Assembly (NCBI GenBank): GCA_963693365.1
Contig: CAVNZM010000003.1
Coordinates: 12,435,651-12,499,650, forward strand
Source: Amoebidium appalachense
Lineage: Eukaryota; Protista; Ichthyosporea
DNA length: 64,000 nt
Reading direction: 5' to 3'
The stretch's first letter is position 1, and the number at the start of each line of letters is the position of its first letter. The translations under genes and the position numbers were made by a program. A model generated the notes under the pieces. The model was not told the DNA's origin, made no database searches, and saw nothing but the letters and a program-made list of their open reading frames with translations. Positions 1 to 14,048 of the stretch are shown here, one piece after another.

Positions 1-129
1 GATAGGTCGAACTCGTATGGATTGACAACAAGCAACGGTTACGTAATCGAGATATGCAGATACGCAAAGAAACATATGTACTGCCTGATGCATGCTTCGA
101 TTTTTTTTTTTTGTGTGTGTGTGTGTGTC

Positions 130-174
<45 letters not shown>

Positions 175-300
175 GTGTGTGCGTGTGCGTGTGCGTGTGC
201 GTGTGCGTGTGCGTGTGCGTGTGCGTGTGCGTGTGCGTGTGCGTGTGCGTGTGCGTGTGCGTGTGCGTGTGCGTGTGCGTGTGCGTGTGCGTGCGCGTGC

Positions 301-371
<71 letters not shown>

Positions 372-573
372 TTTTGTTTTTTTTTTCTTTTCTTTTTTTT
401 TTTTTGGGGGGGGGGGGGGGGGGAGGGGGGGGGGGGAGGGGGGGGGGATATAAATGCACACTCCTGCTTGCTGACAGTTATTCTTGTTCTAATTTACTGA
501 TTGGTTAGCGTGAGGGGGGTTGTGGGTTTTTGTTGTTGGGTGAGAGGGAGTGGAGAGAGAGAGAGAGAGAGAG

Positions 574-649
<76 letters not shown>

Positions 650-997
650 TGAAATGTATTATCCAAGTGCCCAAACCAAATGTATAGGACGACACAACAA
701 TCGAACATGGAGTATGAGAAGAGGGGGGGGGGGGGGGGGGGGGGGGGAGGGGGGCAGCTACAACGTGTGACAGAGTAAGAAACACAAATTCAAGAGGCAA
801 AAAGAAAAAAAAAAGATGGGGTTGTGCGCGCGCCCGTGTGTGTGTGTGTGTGTTTGTGTGTGCGTGTGCGTGCGTGTGCGCGTGCGTGCATGTGTGTGCG
901 TGCGTGTTTGCATTTTTTTTTTTTTTTTTTTTGGGGGGGGGGGGGGGGGTCCAAACACTTACATCCGGTTTTTCAAGCTCCTCATCCGAGTCTTCAA

Positions 998-2880
998 TTA
1001 TCGCCGCAGAGACCGTCTTCTTCCTCCCCTTGCCCCCACCCCCGCCCCCGGCCTTTTTTCCCGCCCCCCTCTGCCCTCCTCTGCACCGCTCGTCGCCGTA
1101 CCGTCGGTATTTTCCGACTTTTCGCCTTTCGTTTGCTTTTCGGAACCGCTTCCCCCTTCGCTTTCAGAGCTGTTGTTGCTCTCTGAATCTCCGTTTTCCT
1201 CATTTATTTTCCCGTCTTTTTCGGCTTTTTCATCTTTTTCGCCTTTGCCCCCGGCTGTTTGGAAATCGGCCGGTTTTTCCTCTCCCTTTTCGTCCTCTTT
1301 GACTGTTCTTTCGTTATCATTTTCCTCGTTTTCCTGCTTCTGCGCCGGGGCTTCTTCTCTAACCTTTTCGGTATTTTCAGCCTTCGCTTTTTCTGTTTTT
1401 GCTCGTTTCTGCGGCTTTCCCCCTTGCTCCTTCCCTTCCTCGTTCGTCCTCTTCTGTTTTCCCTTTCCCGCTTTCCCTCCTTCCTCTTTCGTTTCACTAT
1501 CCTCGGTCTTTTCCTGTTGTTTCTTCGCTCCGCCCTTCTGTTTCTTTGCTTTCTTTTCCTCCTCCTCCTTCTCTTCTTCCTCCTTCTCTTCTTCCTCTTT
1601 CTTTTCATCCTCGACCTCTTCTTTTGTCTGTTTTTCCTTCTTCGGTCTACCTCTTTTCTTCGGTGGCTCCTTTGCTTCCACCCCCACCCCCTCCTTTTCC
1701 TCCTCCTCCTCCTCTTTCCTCGTATCTTTCTTCCCTCTCTGCCTTCCTTTTTTCGTCTCCTTTTCTTCGTCCACCTCTACCTCGTTATCTTCATCCTCGT
1801 TTTCTTGCTTATCCACTTTTGCCTTCTTTTTCGGCCTCTCCTTCACTGCTGCAGCCGGCTTCTTCCTGTTCTGTTTGGCACCTCCCTTCCCCTTCTTTCC
1901 CTCCTTCTTTTCCTCATCCTCCGACTTTTCATCCTCGTTTTTTTCCTTTTCGCTTTCACTGCTGGCTTCCTCATCTCCGTTGGCCTCCTCGGCTTTGGCT
2001 TCGGCTGAGAATGAGGTGGGGGGGGGGGGGGGGGGGGAGAAGAGAGGTCGAGAGAAACGACGGGGGGGGGGGGGGGAGGGGGGGTGGCGGGGGGAAGGGG
2101 AGGACGGTGGGCCAGACACAGATAAGGGAAGGGGGGGGGGGGGGAAGAGGGGAGTTGGGGGGGGAAGGGGTGGGGGGAGGGGGGGGAGTGAGAGATTGAG
2201 GTTAGAATGCTGACAGACTGACAGAGTGGGAAAGCACAGTTTTTACGGACAAGATAATGCAGGTCTTACAAAGCACACACAGAGTATGTATGGAACTCAA
2301 ACAGAGCCCATCCTCAGGGGGGTTCCCAAGTCATCCCCAGTACCCGAGTTTCGACCCGTTCACCTCGTCGACGAAACCCAACTAGGATACTGTTTTACTT
2401 AAACATGTGTGTGCCACCAGTCTTGATCAGCGACGTGCAGGAATAATCATAATAAATAATTGATTAATTGAGCAGGATTCAGATTCACAGGCAAAAGCAA
2501 TGGGAAAGATCGGTAGCTAAAGTTGCAGCAGTAAGCAGCAAGCAAGAAAAATACAGATAGAAATATATAAATAAATATAAACATATATATAGAAATCTAT
2601 ATAGATATAGATATCTATATAGATAGGAACTCATGAGAATGGGGCTTCTGGGTCGCTCCCTTGTTGCTACCTAAATCGACCTTCCTAGCTAACACACCAC
2701 CTCCTGTTAAGGGTAATCTAGTCCCCAAGGTTGCTGAATACACAAGCAGAGGGGGCAATGGGTAGGTTTTCCTCTTTTTCTTTTCTTTCCTTTCTTTCTT
2801 TCTCTTTTTTCCATTTTTTTGCTTTCCTTTCCTTTCTTTCTTTCTTTTTTTTTTTCTTCTTTTTTTTTTTGCACGGAAGG

Positions 2881-2921
<41 letters not shown>

Positions 2922-3107
2922 TGGAGGGGTAGGCACCGATTTTTGCGTGTGCAATATCGATAGCATCTTGCAGGCCTTTGTTCTTCTTCTTGGGGATAAA
3001 CTCATCCTGTCAAACAGCACATTTTAGCACGTATTCCGTTTACCACCCCCCCCCCCCCCCCCCCCCCACACACACACACCCCACACCACGCCCCTCCCCC
3101 CCCCCCC

Positions 3108-3138
<31 letters not shown>

Positions 3139-3514
3139 ACACGCACACACCCTCCCCCCAACACAAACACACACACACAAAGTAGGGGGACGATACTAAG
3201 CACACCTTCACGACTTACACGGGCACACACGAACACACACACACACACGCCCCAAAAAGCCACCCCCTTCCCCCCGCCCCCTCTCCCCCCCCCCCCCCCC
3301 CCTCCCCCCCCCCAAAAAAAAACAAAACAAAAACACATACATACATTCACACAGGGCCGCACAACCAGGCAGGCAGGGTCGCAGGTAGGCAGGCACGCAT
3401 GCACACACACACCCACGCACCCACGCACGCACGCACGCACCCACCTACCCACACCCACTCCCTCTCCCCTCCCCCCTCCCCCCCCCCCCTCCCCCCCCCC
3501 CCTTCCCCTCCCCC

Positions 3515-3567
<53 letters not shown>

Positions 3568-3930
3568 ACACACACCCTGTGCTCCGAGTACACTCTGATC
3601 GAGTCAGCGATCTTCATCTTTGGGCCTGCCTGGTTGCTGCCATAGAACACAACATCACACGTTTTCTTTGCCGCATTTATGGATGTAATCTGTAGGACAT
3701 AACCGGGGGAAGTGGGGGGGGGGGGGGGGGAGGGGGGAAGGGGGAAGAAGGCAGAAAGAAGGGGTGGGGGGGGGGGGGGGGGGGGGGGGGGAACTACAGG
3801 TTAGAAAGCCGATGGGAAAGATGGTTTGGTGTTGTGTGTGTGCGTGCGTGCATGCGTGGGTGCGTGGGTGCGTGGGTGCGTGGGTGCGTGCGTGCGTGCG
3901 TGCGTGCGTGCGTGTGTGGTATGTGTATCG

Positions 3931-4019
<89 letters not shown>

Positions 4020-4499
4020 CTAGTGCGTGGTATGTGTATCGATATATGTGTGTGTGTGTGTGTGTGTGTAGGTGTGCGGGTATATGTGTAAATGTGCACT
4101 TCTATAACGCGGTAGGAGGGGAGGTCGAAGAGAAGGGGGAGGGTTGGGGGGGGGAGACGGTCCGCAAGCAGATGTTGAAATTTTATTTTATTAGGGATGT
4201 GTGCGCATGCGTGTTTACGTGTATGTTTGTGTGTACGAATGGATGTGTGTGTTTGTAAGGTGAAGGGGAGGGCGGGGGGCAGAGGGGGGGGGGGGTGGGG
4301 GGGGGGGGGGGAATCGAAGAGCAAGGGGGGCTTTATTGGGGGCGGCGCCGGGCCCAGGGGAGAAGAAAGGGTAGGAGGTGGGGAGGGAGGGGGGGGGGGG
4401 GGGGGGGAAGATGAAGGGAAGTTGGGGGACGGGGGGAGAGTGGAAAAAGGGGGCTAAAAAGAGAAAAGAAGGAATAAAATTGAAGGAAAGGGAGTTGAA

Positions 4500-4532
<33 letters not shown>

Positions 4533-4673
4533 CGAGCAAGGGAGGGGTGGGCTTGCTGCAGGCAACGGGGGGAGGGGGGGGGGGGGGGGGGGGGGGGCAT
4601 TATTTGGTGGGGGAGCCAACAACCCCCTAGGGTCAGGCGTGCGTGTGTGTGTGCATGTATGCATGTATGTGCT

Positions 4674-4704
<31 letters not shown>

Positions 4705-5017
4705 CGCGCACGCACGTGTGCGTGTGCGTGTGCGCGTGCGCGTGCGCGTGTGTGCGTGCGTGCATGCGTGCGTGCATGCGTGCCTGTGTGTGGGGGTGGG
4801 GGGGGAGGATGGAGTCCTTCGGAGTGAGAAGCGAAAGTGAGAGTAAGATGCTGCAAAGAAGCCGACAGAATGCGTCATGGGTGGGTAGGGGGGCCCGGGG
4901 GGAGGGGGGGGGGGGGGGGGGAGTCTGCATGGGGAAAAGGGAGAAGGGAGGGAGAGGGAGAGGGAGGGGAGGGAGAGAGGGGGGGAGGGAGAGAGAGAGA
5001 GAGAGACAGAGAGATTT

Positions 5018-5109
<92 letters not shown>

Positions 5110-5269
5110 CGATTGAAAGGGGTTCGGGGAGAGGGGGAGGGGGGAGGGGGAAGAGACGGGAAACGAGGGAGAGCTAGGGATGGAGAGGGAAAGAGAGAAA
5201 GGTGAGGGGGTTGAGGGGGGGTGAGGGGGGGGGGGAGGGGGGGGGGGAGAAAGAGGGGAGGGGGGGGGG

Positions 5270-5307
<38 letters not shown>

Positions 5308-5329
5308 GGGGAGTGAGAGAGAGAGGGAG

Positions 5330-5372
<43 letters not shown>

Positions 5373-5383
5373 GGGGGGGGGGG

Positions 5384-5415
<32 letters not shown>

Positions 5416-5696
5416 TGGAGGGAAGGGGGGAGAGGGGGAGGGGGGCAGAAGGGGAATGGAGACAGAGCGGAAGGGAGGTTGGGGGGGAAATGGAGGAGTC
5501 ACGGGCGGAAGAAGGGAGAGAAACGGGGGGGGGAGGCGGAAAGGGGATGGGGGGGCAGGGAGGGGGGAGGGAAGGAAGAGAGGGAGGAAGCAGGGATAGA
5601 AACTGGGGGAGGAGGGGGGCTTCTTGCCTCTGCGGGCCACCAAGGGTAGCCTTTGACTCGGGCCCAAACAATAGTTCCCTCCTCGTATTGCTCCAT
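998..5696 (-). CDS. PWWP-domain chromatin protein (HDGF/LEDGF-like N-terminus) with long Lys/Glu-rich, AT-hook-like tail; spliced
   Basis: Exons read by hand: 5696-5628 ([25 protein letters not shown] donor), 3689-3576 ([20 protein letters not shown]...), 3006-2937 ([22 protein letters not shown]) and 2004-998 (K/E-rich, KKRGRPKK). Intron phases are consistent. The [13 protein letters not shown] motif is diagnostic of PWWP. The 3' end is uncertain (see findings). Confidence 0.85.
2200..2700 (-). mobile_element. Old, diverged copy of the same element family
   Basis: Three blocks are collinear with the A consensus: cagagcccatcctcagggggg...gtttcgacc...gaaacccaact (2302-2395), agttgcagcagtaagcag (2521) and ggggcttct (2641). 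Confidence 0.8.
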
Positions 5697-5745
5697 ATCT
5701 GCACAAAGGGGGAGGGGGGGGGGTGTATGTGTGCATGTGTGTGTT

Positions 5746-5782
<37 letters not shown>

Positions 5783-5989
5783 GGGAGGGAGGGGGGGGAG
5801 GGGAGAATGTGTGTGTGGGCGGGGAGGGGGGAGGGGGGGAGGGGGTTGTATGTGTGTGGGGGGGGGAAAGGGGGGGGGGGGGGGGAGGCATACATCAGTA
5901 AACCCCGCCGCCTGGTGAGGGGGAGGGGGGTGAGGAGATGAAAAAGAGCTTAGATTTTCGCGCCCAAATGGGAAAGATGGGAAAGGGAA

Positions 5990-6023
<34 letters not shown>

Positions 6024-6699
6024 CGACAAAAGTGGATCGTAAGAAAAATGAACGTGTATGCCAATAGGAAGACAAAGAGGAAATTGAGAGGCAAATCCTT
6101 TTTGGCTGTCAGAACACGATGCCGGGGCGGGGGGGCGGGGGAGGGGGGAGGAGGAAGTTAGATGGGTTATTTTTTTCAAGTGACGGAGGGAGGAAGTCGA
6201 GCAGGAAGTCGAACAAATTAGGTGTGTGAGTGGGCTTACGGGTGTGCATCGATATAGGTGCCTGTGTCTTTCTAAGAACGAATGTGAACATTTTAATTTT
6301 ACGTGCACCGGCATAAGAGTGTCCAATTGTCTACATGTGCCACACCCTTTCATGCGCAAACAGGCGGCGAAAGTGTTTGCATGTGCACCTGATGGTGGCA
6401 ACGGCACCTGCAAAACGTTGGAAATTGAAATCCTTGTGTTTCAGCAACGTGCAAAAAAAACACTGCATAAAAGATGTTCTGCTTGTTTGTTCAACGTAAC
6501 TGTGCAAAGAGGGCATCCATGTGTTCGTTATAAACGCAGAGGAGGGGGTTGCGGGGGTGGGGGGGGGGAGGGGGGGAGGAAGGGGGGAGGGTGGGAGGGG
6601 AAAAGCTACCTGAGGTCTTCGCCATGTTGAAGGCAACACACGCAAGGTGTCCTCCCTCCCTTCCCTCTTTTCGCCCACTCTACTACGAAGCACGTTCTT

Positions 6700-7500
6700 T
6701 TTTTCCAAAAACAAAAACCTCAGATAACGGGCTCGAACCGAAATACTAATGATGACGTTCCCTTGGTAACCGCTTCACACTAGGTCTATAAAGCAACGCG
6801 TGGAGCTCTCAACAAAAAAGAAGAAGAGGAAAAAGGGAGTGCGAAGAGAGAGAACTTAGGTTCCCGGAAAAATGCAGCGAACGCTTAATACTCATCACTT
6901 TCCTCCGCTTTTTTTTTTTGGTTAACAAATCCCAGCTCCTCACAACTAAAAAGCCAAGGCGATGTTAAGAGAAATGACCCTTCCGGCCGGTGAAAGTTTG
7001 GGGCAAACGGTGACTTTTCGCGAAAAACAGCGGTTCGTTTTTCACGTGCAAAAAAGCGGCTAACCCGATTGGTAGACAGGAAGGTTTTGGCGCGCAAATA
7101 TCTCAAGGGGGGTTTTTTAATTAATATTTTGCAAATACATAGTTTGAAGAAACAGTTAAAACTTTCATTGGGGCGTAAAATCTCCTTTTTGTTTCAGATC
7201 TAGCTTGTTGGTCTCCTTTATAGAATCAATTATGATTATTTATGTAATTTAGTAGGTTATATTACTTCATCATAAACCAACAAGTGAATGCCAATCATTT
7301 TACGCAACTCAACCGAAGTTCACAGCTTGAAAGACCCGTTCACTCTTTTGTAACCTGTACCCCCTACATCTCCGTTTTATTGCCGAGAGCCGGCGCCCGG
7401 TCGGCGGTCCGAGATCCGGCGGAGCTGAGGAGCGAGTGTTTCTCTTTCCCCTCTGTTCTTTTCTACGAAGTTTTTCACCTGAAATCGCACGTTGTTTTGT
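6700..7500. promoter_or_regulatory. Probable bidirectional promoter between the PWWP and MAP2K genes
   Basis: Divergent genes, a microsatellite-poor CpG-containing stretch, E2F-like ttttcgcgaaaa (~7015) and tttggcgcg (~7086), and gattgg (~7067). Confidence 0.4.
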
Positions 7501-7951
7501 CATAGTAAATGCCTATTCTTGTGTATTGGCGTCACTGAGGGAAAAAAGAAGTGTTAGGGCCAGAGAGTTTTTGAGCTCAGGCTGTATATTAAAACAGGAT
7601 AGAGAAATTCGCTCACTCAACTGTTTTTTTTTGGCTTCTGGAACCCCACTTCATCTCTACACACAGAAAGTGTAAGACACTTCTTATCATCTCTGGTTAG
7701 GCCGTTCGCATTTCTAAGCTTTGAAACACTGGGCTTACTGACCAGATACAGAAAAAGCAAAAGCAGTTGAGAATTCCTGCAAATTTTTGCCTGGTCGGAC
7801 CATCATCCAGTCCTCGTCTTACATACATAGCCACCCACACGACGATACCCTTCGTACACATCTCATCTTTTTTCATTCCTTTGGGGTTTAATAAAACTAC
7901 ATCATTCGCTGAACCCTGCATGATAACGCCATTAGCCGGCGTGTGGGCGCA

Positions 7952-8878
7952 ATGCCCATTAATCTGCACCTTCCCCCTCTGGGGAAAAAGAAGCGGAATG
8001 TTTTGGGCCTGTCTTTAACGTCACCAAGGTAAGGGCTCTGTGTAAACCCTGGTTTCACACGCTGTCTGTTAACTCAATAACTACATTGAGTGCAAACAGG
8101 CATGTACACAGGCAAAAAAGGCATTGGAACGTTGTCATGTTTGCACATGAGCAACACCTGGACATGCAGACACGAACAAGAAAGCGTACACAACGAGGGC
8201 TTGTGTCTGCGGGAGGCAAAGGGGGGCAGAGTGTGAGGGGGTGAAGGAGGGGGGAGGGGAGGGGGAGGGGGGGGGGGGAGGGGCTGCGCGGCCCTGTAAG
8301 TGTTCCATGAGACGCAAAAGAATTCAATTCACCAACATAAGGTGGTCTTTGTTGGCAGGTACTTGTCAGATGTGCCCCCACCTCCGTCTGCCCTTTCCCT
8401 TATCATCCCATCTCACCCTCATCTTCTCAGACTCATCCGTCCTCTCCCTCCTTACCCCTCCCGCTCGCTCGCATCGTCGCCCCTCCCCTTCATACGTCAA
8501 TCCCTCCCCCTTTCTCGACCTCTAGTCCATGTGTCCCCCTTCCTCCCCATGCTCGCCCCTCCCCCCGCCCCCCCCCCCCCCCCCCACACACACACCGCCA
8601 CCCCCAATCCCCGTTTTTTCTCCCGTCCCTTTCAAACCCCGCTCCAAGCATACAACACTCGCACTCTTATTCTTCCATTTGCCTGCCACTCGGTCCACAT
8701 ATATCCACGTTTATAAATCATTTCCCTGCAAAAGAATGCTGGCGTGCATGTGCGCGTGCACATGCACACACCACACACACACACACACCCACACACACAC
8801 ATACATACACACACACACACGCACGTGCGCGCACACGCACACAAATACACACACACACACACACACACACGCACGCGC

Positions 8879-8916
<38 letters not shown>

Positions 8917-10023
8917 ACACACTCACTCAAAATCACACTCAGCCACACTCAAACGCACGTGTGCGCGCACACGCACACACGCAAGCACACGAACACACAC
9001 ACTCCGACAGAAGCATATAGTTCTTTTACCCGTCCCCATGCACCCAAGCCCTCTCCCACCAAGACACGCAGAGATAGAGCATTGAAACTCTCTGCTCCAC
9101 GAACGTACACGCATCCACCTGCATACACACACACACGCACACACATGCACACACACACACACGCACACACATGCGCACACACACACGCGCACACACACAC
9201 ACCCAACTACTTGTTGTTCCTCTCCTCTCCCATGCACCGCCTCTTTCCTCTTCTTCACCCCGCCCCCTCCCCCCCCCGGCTCCCTTCCACACACCCCTCA
9301 CCCACCCACAGACACATATAACTCCTGTTCACTCCCCGCTTCTTCGCCTGGACACCATTTTGTTTGATTTTTTTCCTACAAGATGTTTTTCAGCCGTTTA
9401 TGTGTACTTCTTACGCTGTAACACATTCTGACACACACTAAACACACACACACACACACACGCACACACACACACACACACACTCACCTCCTACCTCCCT
9501 CCTTCCCCAGCCCCCCCACACGCACACACCCCTCCCCTTTTCCCCCCTCCCCACCCACACACACACACCTCCCTCTCCCCGCTCCCCTCCCCCCCCCCCC
9601 CCCCACACACACCTTCCCCCCCCCCCCTTCCCCCCCCCCCCCCCCCCTCACGCACACATACCTCCCGCCCTCCTCCCCCCGCCCCCTGCCCCCCGCTCCC
9701 CGCCTCCCCACACACACACACATACACACACCTCCCTCTCCCCCCCTCCCCCCCCTCCCCCCTCCCCCTCCCCCTCCCCTTCCCGCCCCCACCCCACCCA
9801 CCCCACTCCCCTCCCCCTCCCCCCCCCCCCCCCCCCCCCCCCCCATCCCCTCCCGTCCTCGCCTTTTTTTCCCTTTTTCCAGTTCAAGTGGCACCCCTTC
9901 AGGGCTAGCACCTGCTAGTGCTACTGCGTCCGTGACGAGTGAGGCCAGTGATAGGTCCGCGTCGTCTGTGCCTGGGTCTAACCCGGAAACACCCGTGCCT
10001 GAGCTCCTGACACATGGAATACA

Positions 10024-10104
<81 letters not shown>

Positions 10105-10534
10105 GGGGGGGGGGGGAGGGGGAGGGGGAGGGAGGGAGGGGGAGGGAGGGGGGAGGGGAGAGGGGCAAGGGAAGGGGGGGGGGAGGGGGGATAGGTGGGA
10201 AAGGGGGGAGAGTGGGGGGGCTGGGCGAGGTGGGGGAGAGGGGGGGGGGGGGGGGGGGGGATATTTTTATGTATGTGTTCCTGATTGTGTGTGGGTGTGT
10301 GGGTAGTTGCATGCACACCCGCGTCTCCTTGTGTGCGATGGCGTGTGTGTGTGGGTGGGTGGGTGGGTAGGTGTGTGTGTGGGGGGGGGGGGGGAGGGGG
10401 ATGTGTGTGTGTGTGGTTATAGGTAGGTGTGTGTGCATGTTAGTGTGTGTGTATGCTTAGGTGTGATTGTGTGTGCATGGGTGGGTATGCATAGTGTTTC
10501 TGGTAGTAGGTAATGGGTGAAGCGGGGGGAGAGG

Positions 10535-10566
<32 letters not shown>

Positions 10567-11130
10567 GCTGGGCGTTGGGAGGCAGGTGGATGGGAGTGAG
10601 TAGGGTTTTCGAGGATGGAAGGTTGAGTGGGTGTGTGGGTCAGCGATGTATTGAGTGAGTGTAAGTGTTGATGTTGATAGGAGGGGGAGAGTGGGGGGGG
10701 AGGAAGGGGAGGTGGGGGGATTGGGGTTGGGTGGATGGAAGACCGAAAGGGAGGAGAGGGAGGGAGGGGGTGGAGGGGGGGGGGGGGGGGGTAGATGGGG
10801 GACAGATGGGCTGGGCTGGGTGGTTAAGAGAAGATAGCGTGTGAGGGTATGTGTTCTTTGATGCATGCTGTGCTGTGTCTGTTTACGTGTGATTACGTTT
10901 GTCATAGTGTTCGTGTGCTCACTTTATGTAAATAGACGCTCATGTGTCAGTCGTTTGCGATCGTGCACTCGCAGGCACGTACAATCTTCCGTGTGCTTAC
11001 GCATACACCAGCACGTGAGTGTGCATGCACTCAACATGCGTACACACGCACGCACACTCACACACACACATGGGCGCACGCGGACATGCGCCCACACACA
11101 CGAACAGGGCAGACGCGCGTGTGCACACAC

Positions 11131-11168
<38 letters not shown>

Positions 11169-11417
11169 ACGTGCACACACACACCAACACACTCTGGACA
11201 CCTTGCGCGTGCACTTGAATACGTACATACAAAACATAGACGAGCACACCCACACACCAACACACGTGGTGTTTTTTTTTTTTTTTTCGTGCTGTGTAAA
11301 TATTCCACACTATCCCTCCCTTCAAGCACATGCTACGTTAAGTCCCGGGGGGCGCGTGTGTGTGTGTGTGGGTGGGGGGGGGGGGGGGGGGGGGGGGGGG
11401 GAGGGAGAGAGAGAGAG

Positions 11418-11456
<39 letters not shown>

Positions 11457-11560
11457 GTGTGGAGGAGAAGGGTTGCTACATTGTTCCGCGACAACCCCCC
11501 TCCACCGCCACCCCCCCGCCCCTCCGTCCGTCAAAAAAAAAGACGTTCCGAGGGGAAAGT

Positions 11561-11599
<39 letters not shown>

Positions 11600-12144
11600 C
11601 TTAAGCTTTTTCGGTCCTTTTCCTTGGGCACTGACTGACACTGTGAATGAAATTTTGGGGGTTTTTCACACAGGGATCAGCCTTGGGCCGGGCATTGGGG
11701 AGGATGGGGAGGGGGACCAGCCGGTGAACAGACAGGAATTTGTCGAGTTGGTGTCGGATGCAAAGCACAAGTTTAGATCGGGGGACACAGAACTGGTCCC
11801 GGAAGATTTGGAGGTGAGTAATTTTTAACGTTTAAACACTTTATACACTTCAAACACTATGGTTTTATGTCTTATTCTTATTTTTCATTAGTATGTATGG
11901 GTGTCGAATGGATGTGTGCTTTACTTCAGTGTTGCTTGGTGTCGGATGCCTTGGAGTAATGTTTTATGTTGGTTAAGTCATAGCCAGGAAAGAGTTAAGG
12001 GGCGAGTTACATTGAAAGGTGTTTGGTGTAAGATATACATTTCTGTTCTATTTGGGGGAGCTTAGGTGCGGGATGCAAGCAACAGGCTCAGACAAGACAT
12101 TGTGATGATGCCGATGGACAATTTTTTCTTTTCCTTTCCTTGTG

Positions 12145-12176
<32 letters not shown>

Positions 12177-12798
12177 CGTGTGTGTTAATGGCTTGTGTCG
12201 ATGATTGGGTTCTTGGTCTCACCATTTATTATGGGGAGGGTGAGGAGCGAACCTGCGCCCAGGGGGGGGGGTTGTGGGTGTCTAGCCGAACTATTAGCGC
12301 CGGTTGGGACCTCTCAGAGGCTGGTCCAAATTTGGGGGGGGGTGCCGTATAAGTACTGGACCTCCGAACTGAAATTTCCGTTTTTCTGGGGGGGGGGGGG
12401 GGGGGGGGTGTTAGACGCTGGAGCAGCTGGGCAAGGGGGTCAGTGGTGTGGTGGAGAAGGTTGTGCACCGGCCCACCCAGATGGTAATGGCACGCAAATT
12501 GGTCCACATAGAGCTGAAGCCTAGCGTCAGGAAGTATAGATCCCCCTCCCCCCCGAGCCCCCGACCCCCCCCTCTCCCCGAGCCCACCCTCCCGAGTTTC
12601 TTAGGATTCTTTCACCCTCCTCCCCCCACCACCCTAAACCTGCCCAAGCCCCGCTCCCTAACGTAGCCCACCCTCCTCTCCTTTGCAAACGCCCCCCTTC
12701 CCCCCCCTTCCCACACACATCCTACGCGCACGCATACACCATGCACGAGGGCACCGTAGCACACACAGAAAAAGAGCCGAAGGACGGGAAGAGGGGGT

Positions 12799-12829
<31 letters not shown>

Positions 12830-13155
12830 CTAAAATTTTTGGAAGGTAGAGTTTGCCCTGTTTACTGTTTGGGAAGAGGGGGATGGGGGGGGGGGGGGGG
12901 GGGAGGGGGGAGGCTGTGGGCTGTGTTTACGTGTGTGCACGTGTGTGTGTGCTGTTTTTTCTTTTTGTTTGTTTGTTCGCTTGTTTTTGGGGGAAGAGGG
13001 GGGGGGGGCGGGGACGGAGGGAGAGGCCGGGGGGGGGAGGGGGAGGGGGGGGGGAATGGAAAGAATGTAAGGCCCTAGTCACTGACACTAACCGCACCCG
13101 TTTTTTTTTGTTTTTTTTTCTCCCCTTTTCTCTTTTTTTCCCTCTTTTCCTCCTT

Positions 13156-13198
<43 letters not shown>

Positions 13199-13512
13199 TT
13201 TTTTTCCCCTCCTTCCTCCCCTTACTCCCACAGACAAATATCCACCGAGCTGAAAGTCCTCTACGAAGCCAAATCCCCCTACGTTGTGGGGTTCTATGGT
13301 TCCCATTTTGCAGACAGCGATCTTTCCATCTTCATGGAGTATATGGATGCTGGGTCACTGGAGACACTATACAAGAGGATGGGCACTATACCGGAGAAGA
13401 TATTAAGGCCTATTACTAAGAGCATCGTGATGGTAAGAGAATGTGTGAATTGGTGGGTGGGTGGAGGGGGAAGGGTGTGTGTGAGCGTGGGTGTGGGTGT
13501 GGGTGTGGGGGT

Positions 13513-13577
<65 letters not shown>

Positions 13578-13700
13578 CTGTTTGTGTTAGTGTGTGTGTG
13601 GGATGCTGGGTCACTTGAGACACTATACAAGAGGATGGGCACTATATCGGAGAAGATATTAAGGCCTATTACTAAGAGCATCGTGATGGTGGGTGTGGGT

Positions 13701-13756
<56 letters not shown>

Positions 13757-13984
13757 GGGGGTGTTTTTTGGAAGGGGGAGGGGGGAGGGGGGGGAGGGGG
13801 GATATGTGTATGAGTTCTTTGGAGGGGGCCGGGAGAAGGGGGGGGGGGGGGGGGGGGGGAGGGGGGGGGGAATGGTGTGTGTGTGTGTGGGGGGGGGGGG
13901 GGGGAGGGGATCGGTGGGTGATTGGATGGGTAGGTGGGTGGTGGTGTGTGCGTGTGCATGTGTGGAGGGTCCGTGTACGTGTAC

Positions 13985-14048
<64 letters not shown>

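Noticed and set aside
816-2213. 465-aa Ser/Phe-rich + strand ORF
   Set aside because: It is the antisense shadow of the K/E-rich PWWP exon.
3480-3570. Very long C/G homopolymers as G-quadruplex regulatory elements
   Set aside because: They are ubiquitous in the window, their lengths are unreliable in assemblies, and there is no locus-specific evidence.
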